A DNA stretch of 64,000 bases from an uncultured Nitrospinota bacterium. Its GTDB lineage: Bacteria; Tectomicrobia; Entotheonellia; J063; CAVPRW01. The stretch spans positions 128,001 through 192,000 of the forward strand of contig CAVPRW010000024.1 of NCBI GenBank assembly GCA_963707985.1, written 5' to 3'. Every line of letters begins with the position of its first letter. The first letter of the stretch is position 1. This document shows positions 54,064 to 64,000 of this stretch, piece by piece. A program made the translations under genes and the position numbers. A model generated the notes under the pieces. It saw only the letters and a list, made by a program, of their open reading frames with translations. It was not told the origin of the DNA and did not search any database.

Positions 54064-54092
54064 ACGTTAACAGACGGCCTAAACCTTGTCAA
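54064..54092 (-). promoter_or_regulatory. Promoter of csp, implying a 5' UTR of about 220 nt
   Basis: Minus strand TTGACA-17 nt-TAACGT preceded by an A-tract. Confidence 0.55.
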
Positions 54093-54353
54093 GCTTTTTT
54101 TGAAGTTTCCTAATGAACCCACCACCAGCTACGAGCCATTCTCGATCGGCATAGTGACGTCGCCGCTAACGAGGACCGCCTACCGGTGGCTCGTCCATCC
54201 TTGACATCAGCATCAACGGTAGGCTATAAGCACGACTATGTGACGCGATGCAGGCGAGGAGCGCCTGTCGCGAGCGGTGTTGCCCTCGATCTGCGGGAGT
54301 CAAGTTGCGCTTGACTGGACATCGCCGGGGCAATCATGGAGAGGAGGCAGAAA

Positions 54354-54770
54354 ATGTTTAAGATCAGCGCGATGGATCACATTGTTTTAAATGTTCCCGA
54401 TATCGAGCGGTCGATGGCGTTTTACACGCAGGTTCTCGACCTAGAACCCGAACGGTGGGAGGAGTTTCGCCAGGGGAAGGTGCCCTTCCCTTCGGTGCGA
54501 GTGAGCCCGGAAACCGTCATCGACCTGTTCCCCATGAAGCCGGGCCAGACCCTGGCGAGTGGCGAGGGACTGCTGAATCTCAACCATTTTACGATGGTTG
54601 TGGATGTCGCAGATTTTGAGACGTTCCAGAAGCATCTCACCGCGCACGGCGTACCTATCGCCGAGGGACCAGGGCGACGTTGGGGGGCACGCGGATACGG
54701 GATGTCGGTGTACTTTTCGGATCCGGACGGTAATCGCATTGAAGTACGGTGTTATCCTCCAGGGATGTGA
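54354..54770 (+). CDS. VOC/glyoxalase family protein
   Basis: MDHIVLNV.DIERSMAFY, GARG.GMSVYFSDPDGNRIE. Confidence 0.93.
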   Translation: MFKISAMDHIVLNVPDIERSMAFYTQVLDLEPERWEEFRQGKVPFPSVRVSPETVIDLFPMKPGQTLASGEGLLNLNHFTMVVDVADFETFQKHLTAHGVPIAEGPGRRWGARGYGMSVYFSDPDGNRIEVRCYPPGM

Positions 54771-55038
54771 TCGCTCCCTCGAGCACCATGGCTCACGCTA
54801 TCACGCCCGTCAGCGACAGCGCTGATGATGTTTCATCTGTCCAGTGCAACGCGTGGGGAAATCGGGGGATGGGGGCAAGCCATGGGCGTCATCACCCAAA
54901 CCTCGGCCCTCCCCTTGAACGAAAGCGGAGGGCAGGATGAGAGACCGTTTGTCGTCGCTGAGTGGGGAGCAACGCCTAACCCTCTCTCAGACGGCGGGGG
55001 AGAGCGTTAGAGCGTTAGGGATCAATGAGAGGACATGC

Positions 55039-55404
55039 CTACCGCCGTCGTTCGATCTCTACCGCCGCGAAGCTGAGCATGCCATTGAGCGGCACCTGTG
55101 GCTTCCGCACCCGAACCAGCACCACTGTGACGGGGAGCTCAGCCAGTAAGCGTCGTACCAGCGCTCCGGCCAGCGCTTCGATGAGCTGATATTGGTGATC
55201 CTCCACCTCCTCCCGCACAATGGCGTGGAGACGACTATAGTCCACAGTGTCCGCCAGGGCATCGGAGAGCATGGCCCGGCTGAGGTCAAGACCTAGCTCG
55301 ACATCTATCTCAAAGCGTTGCCCGAGCTCGCGCTCGGCAGGATGCACCCCATGGTGCCCCCGAAACACCATGTTATGCAGGATGATTTTATCCTCGGACG
55401 ACAT
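55039..55404 (-). CDS. folB: Dihydroneopterin aldolase
   Basis: FRGHHGV..AERELGQRF, SDALADTVDY, LIEALA, VRKP. Confidence 0.95.
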   Translation of the reverse strand: MSSEDKIILHNMVFRGHHGVHPAERELGQRFEIDVELGLDLSRAMLSDALADTVDYSRLHAIVREEVEDHQYQLIEALAGALVRRLLAELPVTVVLVRVRKPQVPLNGMLSFAAVEIERRR

Positions 55405-55468
55405 CAGTTCTCCCCGTCAGAGAGTTCAGACGTGAACGTGCAGGGCAGTGCTAAACAGGCACGTCGAT

Positions 55469-55498
55469 TTGACAGCCCACTCTTAACTACGGTATACT
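55469..55498 (+). promoter_or_regulatory. sigma70-like promoter of the HDAC-nth-VWA run
   Basis: TTGACA-18 nt-TATACT. Confidence 0.5.
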
Positions 55499-55555
55499 CG
55501 CGCAGAATCACCTCGCCGGAAGTTCTTTTGCCGACGCATGATAAGGGGATTCCCT

Positions 55556-56498
55556 GTGCGCCCGATCAGCTTTATTTCCCATCCTGAATATTTGCGACAC
55601 GAGACCGGCCGACGTCACCCCGAGGAACCGGCCCGACTCACCGCCATCATGCGTCATCTCGAGGTGACTGGCATGCTGGGGCAACTCATCCAGGCCGAAC
55701 CTACCGAACCATCACTGGATTGGCTCGCGCTGGCGCACACCCCGGACTACGTTCGCACCATCGCAGACGCTTGCACACGTGGGGTCAGAGCCCTCGACCC
55801 GGACACGTATATCAGCTCCTGACTCGTATCGTGCCGCCTTGCTGGCCGTTGGAGGGGCCTTGTTGGCAGTCGACCACGTCATGACAGGCACGGCCGCCAA
55901 TGCTTTTGTGGCATTACGGCCACCAGGGCATCACGCCGAGCGGGACCGCGCTATGGGGTTCTGTCTGTTCAACAATGTCGCGATTGCCGCGCGTTACGCC
56001 CAAAAACGCTATGGTTTGAAGCGTATTTTGATCGTCGATTGGGATGTGCACCATGGCAATGGCACGCAACACGCCTTCGAGGACGATCCCAGTGTGTTGT
56101 TTTTCAGCACGCACCAATTCCCCTTCTACCCCGGCACCGGTCGAACGTCCGAACGCGGCACAGGGGCTGGGCTGGGCTATACGGTGAATATTCCCCTGGC
56201 GGCCGGGTGCGGCGATCGCGAATATCAGGAGGTCTTCGAGAAGGTTCTTTATCCGGCAGCACAGGCCTTTGAGCCCCATCTGGTCCTCGTCTCCGCAGGA
56301 TTCGATGCGCATCGCGACGACCCCTTGGCCAGCATGAATGTGACCGAAGACGGGTACGCCCGGATGACGACGATCGTGCGTGATATCGCCGAGCGCTTCT
56401 GTGAGGGTCGACTCGTTTCCTTACTCGAGGGAGGATACAATCTCGAGGCCCTGGCACGATCTGTCGAACGACATTTACAGACTTTGGGGCAGCCCTAA
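55556..56498 (+). CDS. Histone deacetylase family protein, frameshift near 55815
   Basis: [46 protein letters not shown]. Confidence 0.92.
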
Positions 56499-56502
56499 CG
56501 GC

Positions 56503-57240
56503 ATGCATTCAACACTCCATCACGAGCCAACAGCCGACGTCGCCCGCTTGCGCACGATACTCAGGAAGCTTGAACGGGCCTATGGCTCACCGCACTGGAC
56601 CCCCCAGTCACGATCCACTTGGGGAGCTGATTGCGACGATCCTGTCGCAGAACACCAGCGATGTCAATTCCGATCGGGCCTACGCCGCTCTGCGCACCGC
56701 TTTTCCCACCTGGGATGAGGTCGCGGATGCCCAGCCCGATGATCTTGCCACGGTTATTCGCTCGAGGCGGACTCGCCAAGCTGAAAGGCCAGCGCATTCA
56801 GGAAATTCTGCGTACCCTCAAAGCACGCCAAGGTGATCTGAGTCTGGATGGACTGATGGATATGCCGATGCCGGCGGCACGGGCGTTCCTGGCAGAATTT
56901 TCCGGTGTGGGACCAAAGACGATCGCCTGCGTCCTGCTCTTCGCTTGTGGACATCCAGCCTTCCCAGTCGATACGCACATTCACCGGGTAGTGACACGGC
57001 TAGGCTTGCTCCCAGCCGGATGTACGGCGGAGCGCGCGCATGCCGTGCTCGAACCTCTCATTCCACCGAGCTCAGGTGTATGCTGCGCATGTGAATCTCA
57101 TTCGGCATGGGCGGACTGTGTGTCGGTCACGCCTCCCCGATTGCCAACATTGCTGCCTTCGCACATTGTGTCCGTATCCACAATCATCCACACAGACGGG
57201 TGCTGTTCGAGGCCATGCGCCACCCTCTGTCGTCCCGTGA
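56503..57240 (+). CDS. nth: Endonuclease III-family HhH-GPD glycosylase, several frameshifts
   Basis: LIATILSQNTSD; GVGPKT; FPVDTHIHRV; Fe-S motif CRSRLPDCQHCCLRTLC, spread over different frames. Confidence 0.82.
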
Positions 57241-57280
57241 ATGCCAGGCGTTGTAATGCCAGGAGACTTGGAGAACCAGG

Positions 57281-59380
57281 ATGAGGACGTACCGCTACTT
57301 TGAATGGGCGACAGCATCGGGTGGGCAGCTCAGCGGCGACCAACTGATGGACGCTCTCTCTGATTATCTGACCGAAGACGGCGATGTCTCACGCGCCATG
57401 CAAATGTTGATGCAGCGCGGCATGTCATCTGGCGAGCAGAAGATGCAAGGCCTGCGCGATATGCTCGAGCAACTGCGCAAGCGCAAACAGCAGCAACTCG
57501 ATAAGTACGACCTCAATTCACTCCTGAATGACATTCGAGAGCAGCTCGACCAGCTATTGCAGCAAGAACGCCAGACTATCGAAGAACAGCTGCAAGAGGC
57601 CCAGACGACTCCGGCAGATGGGGGCACACTAGCCTCTTCGCAGGAGACGGCGACGGCGGAGCAACACCGTGAGTTCCTGGATCATCTCCCAAACAGTGTA
57701 CCCCAACAGATTCAAGAGCTGCGCCACTACGATTTTCTCAATCCACAGGCGGCGCAAGCCTTCCAGGAACTGTTTGAAGAGCTTCAGCAGCGTGCCAGGC
57801 AATCACAGCTGAACGGGACCCAGGCGCCGTCTGAGAGCTCTGGCGCTGACACAGCGCAGAGCCAAAGTGACATGTATCGCGATCTCAATCAGCAGCTGCA
57901 GGACAAATTACAAGGGCGTCAGACGGATTTTCAACAGTTTAAAGACCAGCATCCGCAATTCCCCTCAGCCCAAGACGACACCCTTGAGGAGTTGATCCAG
58001 CAGCTCCAACAACAATTACAGCAATGGCGTTCCCTCCTGGAAAGTCTCTCGGAGTCGGTGCGGCGTGATTTGGAGCAGCTCATGGACACCAACCTCGATG
58101 CTGAGCTGCAGGCACAACGCACCGAGCTGCAACAATTACTCGATCAATTGGCAGAAAAGAAGCTGACGCCACAGCGCTATCGCTTCAAGGGACGCGAGGA
58201 AATCTCCATCGAGCAGGCGCAAGAGCTGATGGAGCAATTGCAACAGCTCGAAGCGCTCGAAAAACAACTGGAAGGTGTGCGCTGGGACGGTGATCCACAA
58301 CAGGTGGACACTGAGAATCTTCGTGATCTGCTGGGTGACGAGGCTTTTCAATCCGTCCAGAACATGAAGGATATTGCCAAAGAACTGGAAGCAGCCGGGT
58401 ACATCATGAAAACGAAAGACGGCCTCCAGTTGACGCCCCTCGCCATGCGGAAGATTGGCCAGAAGGCGTTGCGTGATATCTTCTCCTTCATCAAGCGGGA
58501 TCGCTTTGGGGAGCATGATACGCGCCAGCGCGGTGGCGCCGGCATCCCTACCGAGGATAGTAAGACCTACGAATTCGGCGATCCGTTCCTCCTAGATTTG
58601 AGCGCCACCGTGTTCAATGCGGTGAGTCGCGAAGGTACGGGCACACCGGTCTCCTTGCACATCGACGACTTCGTGGTGCGGCGACAAGAGTTTCTGTCGC
58701 ACACGTCGACGGTCATTCTCATCGATATGAGTGGCTCAATGGCGTGGAATAACTGCTTCTACGCCGCCAAGAAGGTCGCTTTGGCCCTCGACAACCTAGT
58801 CCGGAGCACCTTCCCACGCGATACGTTACAGATCGTCGGTTTTTACACGGCAGCGGAGGAGATGAAGCCGGCTGATCTCCCCTATGTCAAACCGAAGTCG
58901 TTTGGTTACAATGCTTCTCTCTACAGCGATTACTATGATATGCTCATGGGTTATATTGACGTGCAGCTTGATTATCGGGATGTTGTGCGTGGCCGTACCA
59001 ACGTCCCACAAGGCTTTACAAATATGCAGCAGGGGTTGCGCATGGCCGAGCAGATGCTCTCCAAACGGCAGAGCCCGAACAAACAGATTATTTTGATCAC
59101 CGACGGTCAGCCAACGGCCCACTGTGAAGGTGATCGGCTGTACTTGCAGTATCCCCCTAGCCAGCGGACGATTACAGCGACGCTGCAAGAGGTTAAACGC
59201 TGTACAGTCAAGGGTATCGCGATCAATACCTTTATGCTGGCGAAGAGCTACTATCTGGAGCGTTTCGTGGACCAGATGACCAAGATCAATCGTGGCCGTG
59301 CGTTCTATACGACCCCAGAGCAGCTCGGAGAGTACCTTGTGGTCGATTATCTCGCGAAGAAACGGCGCAGGATTGCCTGA
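57281..59380 (+). CDS. VWA domain-containing protein
   Basis: Gln-rich coiled coil; MIDAS DMSGSM; TNMQQGL; ITDGQPTAH. Confidence 0.9.
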   Translation: MRTYRYFEWATASGGQLSGDQLMDALSDYLTEDGDVSRAMQMLMQRGMSSGEQKMQGLRDMLEQLRKRKQQQLDKYDLNSLLNDIREQLDQLLQQERQTIEEQLQEAQTTPADGGTLASSQETATAEQHREFLDHLPNSVPQQIQELRHYDFLNPQAAQAFQELFEELQQRARQSQLNGTQAPSESSGADTAQSQSDMYRDLNQQLQDKLQGRQTDFQQFKDQHPQFPSAQDDTLEELIQQLQQQLQQWRSLLESLSESVRRDLEQLMDTNLDAELQAQRTELQQLLDQLAEKKLTPQRYRFKGREEISIEQAQELMEQLQQLEALEKQLEGVRWDGDPQQVDTENLRDLLGDEAFQSVQNMKDIAKELEAAGYIMKTKDGLQLTPLAMRKIGQKALRDIFSFIKRDRFGEHDTRQRGGAGIPTEDSKTYEFGDPFLLDLSATVFNAVSREGTGTPVSLHIDDFVVRRQEFLSHTSTVILIDMSGSMAWNNCFYAAKKVALALDNLVRSTFPRDTLQIVGFYTAAEEMKPADLPYVKPKSFGYNASLYSDYYDMLMGYIDVQLDYRDVVRGRTNVPQGFTNMQQGLRMAEQMLSKRQSPNKQIILITDGQPTAHCEGDRLYLQYPPSQRTITATLQEVKRCTVKGIAINTFMLAKSYYLERFVDQMTKINRGRAFYTTPEQLGEYLVVDYLAKKRRRIA

Positions 59381-59447
59381 GCGCATGAACCCAGCAGGCA
59401 AGCGCGCTCTTGATTTGGGGGCTTCGGAGTGAGGGAGGTCTATAGCG

Positions 59448-61217
59448 ATGGCTACGCCAGTCGAGCAATGGGTGAATGATACCGCCAAGATGACGCGCCC
59501 GCAGAAAGTGGTCTGGTGCGATGGATCGGAGGCTGAGTATGAGGGCCTAATCGAGGGCATGCTCGAGGATGGCACCCTGATTCGCCTCAATCAGGAGGCC
59601 TATCCTGGATGCTACTTGCATCGCAGTCATCCCAGTGACGTCGCCCGCACTGAACATCTCACCTTTATCTGTAGTTCGGAGCGTGACGACGCCGGACCGA
59701 CCAACAACTGGATGCCACCCACAGAAGCCCGCGACAAAGTCGGGAAGCTGTTCGACGGCAGCATGCAGGGCCGCACGATGTATGTCGTGCCCTACATCAT
59801 GGGACCCGTCGAATCCCCCTATAGCAAGGTGGGTGTGGAAATTACCGATAGTCCCTACGTCGCGGCCAGCATGCGCATCATGACCCGGATGGGCAAAGTC
59901 GCTCTCGACCGTCTGGGCGCTTCTGATGATTTTGTGCCCGGTCTGCACTCGGTCGGCGACCTCAGCCCCGATCGGCGGTTTATTCTACATTTTCCCGAAG
60001 AACGCCTGATCTGGAGCATTGGCTCGGGGTATGGTGGCAATGCGCTGCTCGGGAAAAAATGTTTTGCCCTCAGGATCGCCAGCATCATGGGCCGAGATCA
60101 GGGTTGGTTAGCCGAGCATATGCTGATCTTGGGCCTCGAGGATCCCAGTGGCGAAGTGACCTACATGGCTGCGGCGTTTCCGAGTGCATGCGGCAAGACC
60201 AACCTCGCGATGCTAGTGTCCCCGCTGGAACACCTGGGCTATAAGGTGTGGACGGTCGGAGAAGACATCACCTGGATGCAACAGGGGCCTGACGGCCGAT
60301 TGTGGGCGATCAATCCCGAGGCTGGCTTCTTCGGCGTCGCCCCCGGTACGAGCATGAAAACAAACCCGAATATCATGGGCGCCATTCGGCAGAATTCGAT
60401 CTTCACGAATGTGGCAGTTACTCCGCATGGCGAACCCTGGTGGGAGGGGATGGATGGTCCCGTGCCACTGCAGCTCACAGACTGGCGTGGCGCCCCCTGG
60501 ACCCCGGGTCAGGAGAAGGCCGCACATCCGAATTCACGTTTCACCACGCCGGCCCATCAGTGCCCGAGTATCTCTTCACACTGGGAAAATTCCCAAGGTG
60601 TCCCCATCTCGGCCATCATTTTCGGTGGCCGCCGTGCGCGGGTCGCGCCCCTGGTGTATCAATCCTTTAACTGGCAACATGGGGTGTTCATGGGTGCCTC
60701 GATGGCCTCTGAAACCACTGCCGCAGCGACCGGAGCCGTCGGTGTGGTGCGTCACGATCCGATGGCAATGCTGCCGTTCTGCGGGTACAATATGGCGGAC
60801 TACTTCAGCCATTGGTTGAAGGTGGGGCAAAGTACCGCGCAGCCGCCAAAGATTTTTCAAGTCAACTGGTTCCGCACCGATGCCCAGGGCAAGTTCCTCT
60901 GGCCCGGATTTGGACAAAACGTCCGGGTGCTGAAATGGATACTGGAGCGGGTACGCGGCGGTGGGAAGGCTGTTGAAACCCCGATCGGTTGGGTGCCGAC
61001 CCCAGATGGTATCGAGAGCGAGGGACTCGATCTGCCAAGCAGCACGCTCGAAGAATTACTGCACATTGACCGCCCCGATTGGGAGCAGGAAGTTGCCTCG
61101 CAACGGCAGTTCTTCTCGCAATTTGGCTCTCGCCTGCCACGCGAGATTCAGGCGGAGCACGAGGCTCTGGAGCAGCGCCTCCACCGGGTCACCGTACCGG
61201 CAGGGGGAAAAGCCTAG
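59448..61217 (+). CDS. pckG: GTP-dependent PEP carboxykinase
   Basis: [60 protein letters not shown]. Confidence 0.97.
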   Translation: MATPVEQWVNDTAKMTRPQKVVWCDGSEAEYEGLIEGMLEDGTLIRLNQEAYPGCYLHRSHPSDVARTEHLTFICSSERDDAGPTNNWMPPTEARDKVGKLFDGSMQGRTMYVVPYIMGPVESPYSKVGVEITDSPYVAASMRIMTRMGKVALDRLGASDDFVPGLHSVGDLSPDRRFILHFPEERLIWSIGSGYGGNALLGKKCFALRIASIMGRDQGWLAEHMLILGLEDPSGEVTYMAAAFPSACGKTNLAMLVSPLEHLGYKVWTVGEDITWMQQGPDGRLWAINPEAGFFGVAPGTSMKTNPNIMGAIRQNSIFTNVAVTPHGEPWWEGMDGPVPLQLTDWRGAPWTPGQEKAAHPNSRFTTPAHQCPSISSHWENSQGVPISAIIFGGRRARVAPLVYQSFNWQHGVFMGASMASETTAAATGAVGVVRHDPMAMLPFCGYNMADYFSHWLKVGQSTAQPPKIFQVNWFRTDAQGKFLWPGFGQNVRVLKWILERVRGGGKAVETPIGWVPTPDGIESEGLDLPSSTLEELLHIDRPDWEQEVASQRQFFSQFGSRLPREIQAEHEALEQRLHRVTVPAGGKA

Positions 61218-61313
61218 GGTGCACGGGATTGATCACCGCCCTCCTTCACCACCTGCCTCCTTCCTCGTCAGCGGGGAGGACGCAGGTGGGTGACCTGCGG
61301 GCCGGCCTTCCTG

Positions 61314-62893
61314 TTAACGCACACGAATCAAGACGAACCTCGACGGTGGTAGTCCTTGGTAGACGACCTCCCATTCTGGTTCCAATCGTAATACTCGCAC
61401 ACCATCTCCCGGCACATACGCCAAATATTCGCCCACGCTGTGTCGACGACGCCTGATCATCTCTCGATTGGCAAGGATATAGTCGATTTCAGCCTGTTTG
61501 AGCCAGGTAACAAATTCTGCTGTCGATAGTCCAGGAGGGATGAGGGGAAACGTCACATTGTGCCGGAAGATCCAGGTCCCCGTGAACTCGTGGCTTGGCC
61601 CAAAGAGCAGCCGCTTGCCATCAAACACTGGCGTGTCCAGCAGGCGATACATCTCAGCGGTTGCCTGATCCTCGAAGTCGACGGTCAGGGGGGCCTGGAA
61701 ATCCCGCCAGCCTACTTGCACCAGCCAGACCACGCCGAGCGCCACGAGAAGTCCACCCATGGCCAGCCTGGTCAGGTATGTCCGCCCTCGGGGCTGGCCA
61801 CCACCGGCCTGTGAGTCGGACAGCATAAAAGACGAGGAAATCGGCCAACGTCAAAAAGATGACGGGGAAGATGGGAAAGAGAAAACGAATGCCACGCTGG
61901 ACGACGGCGCTCCAGGAGAAAGCGAGGTAAAAGATCAACACCAATGAACTGGCGACCGTGACCATCGGTTGCTTGGCAGGGGGAACCAGAAAGTCGGTGA
62001 ACCACCGTTTGGGTATGAAGACGAAGATGGCGAGGAAGGGCCAGACCCATTCGACCCCTCGCACGCGCACGAGCCCTCTGAGAAACCGGTGCAGAACATC
62101 GGCAAGGCTGTGCGTCATGAGATAGGAAAACATCGTCGGGAGGCCCTTTTCGAACATGATCATCTGCTCTTCTGTATAGTCCAGCCAGATGACATGAGCC
62201 GTATTATAGTTAAAGATCGGTGAACCATAGACCTGCCAGTTATAGGCCAGTAGCGGTGAAGAAACGATTACAAACGCCAGAGGAAAGAGCCAAAATCGCG
62301 GAGTGAAAACGAGCTTTGGGGCACTTCTGAACACCATCAGCCCATAGGCTAGCAGCAAGAGCAGACCGGAGCCTTTGGTCAGATAGGCCAATCCCGCAAA
62401 GCCTCCAGCGCAGGCCCAGACCCTTGGCTGCTCGAAACCTCGGACCAAGCAATAGAAGGTCAGCACAATGAGCAGCAGCAACAAGGGCTCGGCCGTAAAT
62501 TCGGCGCTTTTATTCGACAGTCCTGGGGCAATGGCGACGAGAGCCAGAAAGGTGGCGGCTGGTCCGACCAGGCGCGATCCGACCCAGGCAATCACCCAGA
62601 ATGCCACGGCTCCGATGGCAACATTGACCAGCTTGGCCTTGGCGAAGTAGATTAGATTCTTTTTCAGCAAAAGGGGCCACCAGGGCCGGCAGGAGAGGAT
62701 GGTGGTAACCATCGCTCAGGGCTTTAAAGTGACGGATCTGGAGGCCAAGGGTGAGGTCGAGATCTTGATCCCCTCGGTTAAGATTATTCCAGGCCTTGGA
62801 GTGGTCATACGTGATGGTAAGGAAAATGAGAAAAAGCAGACTATAGGCGACCCATGTTGGCCAAGAAGGTCTATGCACCAGCAGCGAGTGCAT
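61314..62893 (-). CDS. GT-C (ArnT/PMT-like) membrane glycosyltransferase, two frameshifts
   Basis: HHPLLPALVA; AEPLLL; GLAYLTK; RFLFPIFP; multi-TM protein split over three ORFs. Confidence 0.75.
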
Positions 62894-63077
62894 CTATTGG
62901 TTCTCCCGTGTGAGCCATGATGGCAGGCTATGGCGGCGACCCCCGCAGCAGAAAAAAGCCTCGGCATTGTAACGTTTCAACCTGCTGCGTGTCCAATCCC
63001 ACAGGGAAGAGGTCAAATGGGTTGCGAGAGGAGGCAGACGGGACGGCTCGAGAGCTGAAGCGGGAGGGCGACACCTG

Positions 63078-64000
63078 ATGGATTTTTTTAGTTATTTTCG
63101 ATTACATAGTATCATCGATATCCTCTTGGTGTCCTTTCTCCTTTACCAACTGTATCTCTGGGTACGGGAAAGTCGTGCACTGCGAGCCTTAGCAGGTCTT
63201 GCGGTCATTGGTCTCCTGTCTTTGCTAGCCCGGTGGACGGGGATGGTGATGACGGGGTGGCTGTTTCAATCACTGTGGTCGATCATTCTTTTGGTTATCG
63301 TCATCGTGTTTCAGCCGGAAATCCGGCGTATCCTTGAACGCATGAATCCCCTCGACCTGCTGCGTGGCCAGCCGATCACGCTACAACGCGAGACGCTGGT
63401 TGAGCTGACGGAAACAGTCTTCGACATGGCGCGCGAGAAGATCGGAGCGCTGATCGTGCTGCCCGGCCATGAGGCCATCGACGAATATCTCCGTGAGGGG
63501 GTCCACCTCGAAGCAATCGTCAGCCGCGAACTGATTCGGACAATCTTTCAGCCGCCATCACCCACCCACGATGGCGCGGCGGTGATTCGAGCCAATCGGG
63601 TCGAACGCGCTGCCTGTTTCTTACCGATGACCACAGCGAGTGGGCTCCCCTCTGAGTACGGAGCGCGCCACCGAGCCGCCATTGGGCTCACCGAACGTTG
63701 CGACGCCTTGTGCCTCTTGGTGTCAGAGGAGCGTGGGACCGTTTCCCTGGCCCGCAAGGGTACCCTGATCCCATTCTTTGAACCGGCGCGTTTGCAGCAA
63801 GAGCTGGAACAGGAACTGGAGGACACACTCTCGGGTGATGCGGGGAAGCGCCCCTGGCGGGCACTCCTCACCAATAATCTCTGGGCGAAGGGGATGGCGG
63901 TCGGGTTGGCAGGGTTGCTATGGGTGGCGCTGGCTGGTCAGCCGGGCTCTGAGATTGCCATGACCATTCCCGTCGAGTACCAACAGATCGCGCCTGCCAT
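63078..64000 (+). CDS. cdaA: Diadenylate cyclase CdaA fused to a CdaR/YbbR-like region; runs off the window edge
   Basis: IIDILLV, VFQPEIRR, IGALIV, HDGA, GARHRAA, VSEERG, then NNLWAK..TM..TIPVEY; absent from the ORF track because no stop lies in the window. Confidence 0.92.
   Translation, partial: MDFFSYFRLHSIIDILLVSFLLYQLYLWVRESRALRALAGLAVIGLLSLLARWTGMVMTGWLFQSLWSIILLVIVIVFQPEIRRILERMNPLDLLRGQPITLQRETLVELTETVFDMAREKIGALIVLPGHEAIDEYLREGVHLEAIVSRELIRTIFQPPSPTHDGAAVIRANRVERAACFLPMTTASGLPSEYGARHRAAIGLTERCDALCLLVSEERGTVSLARKGTLIPFFEPARLQQELEQELEDTLSGDAGKRPWRALLTNNLWAKGMAVGLAGLLWVALAGQPGSEIAMTIPVEYQQIAPA

Overview
GC-rich bacterial chromosome segment; the gene content is reminiscent of Tectomicrobia/Entotheonella-like or deltaproteobacteria-like lineages, but that is inference only. 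About 1-20.5 kb is an accessory zone anchored at tRNA-Glu/tRNA-Lys. It holds a 40-bp duplicate of the tRNA-Lys 5' half, three co-oriented tyrosine-integrase remnants, decayed IS elements, a probable Rdx/SelW selenoprotein missed by the ORF track, and a higBA module ending in a 59-bp attC-like site. It also carries tctCBA and secreted beta-propeller/beta-helix genes. About 20.8-64 kb is mostly core: acyl-CoA dehydrogenase, DUF1517/DUF350, a two-component cluster with an ETR1-type ethylene-binding histidine kinase, pilT/pilU, hflK-hflC-CPBP-CesT-pspA, yicC-gmk-coaBC-udg, rarA, PBP1A and an LpoA-like lipoprotein, khpA, csp, folB, HDAC, nth, a VWA protein, pckG, a glycosyltransferase and a cdaA-cdaR fusion. 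Several conserved genes carry single-base frameshifts, which suggests sequencing indels. All calls come from reading the sequence; no database searches were run.
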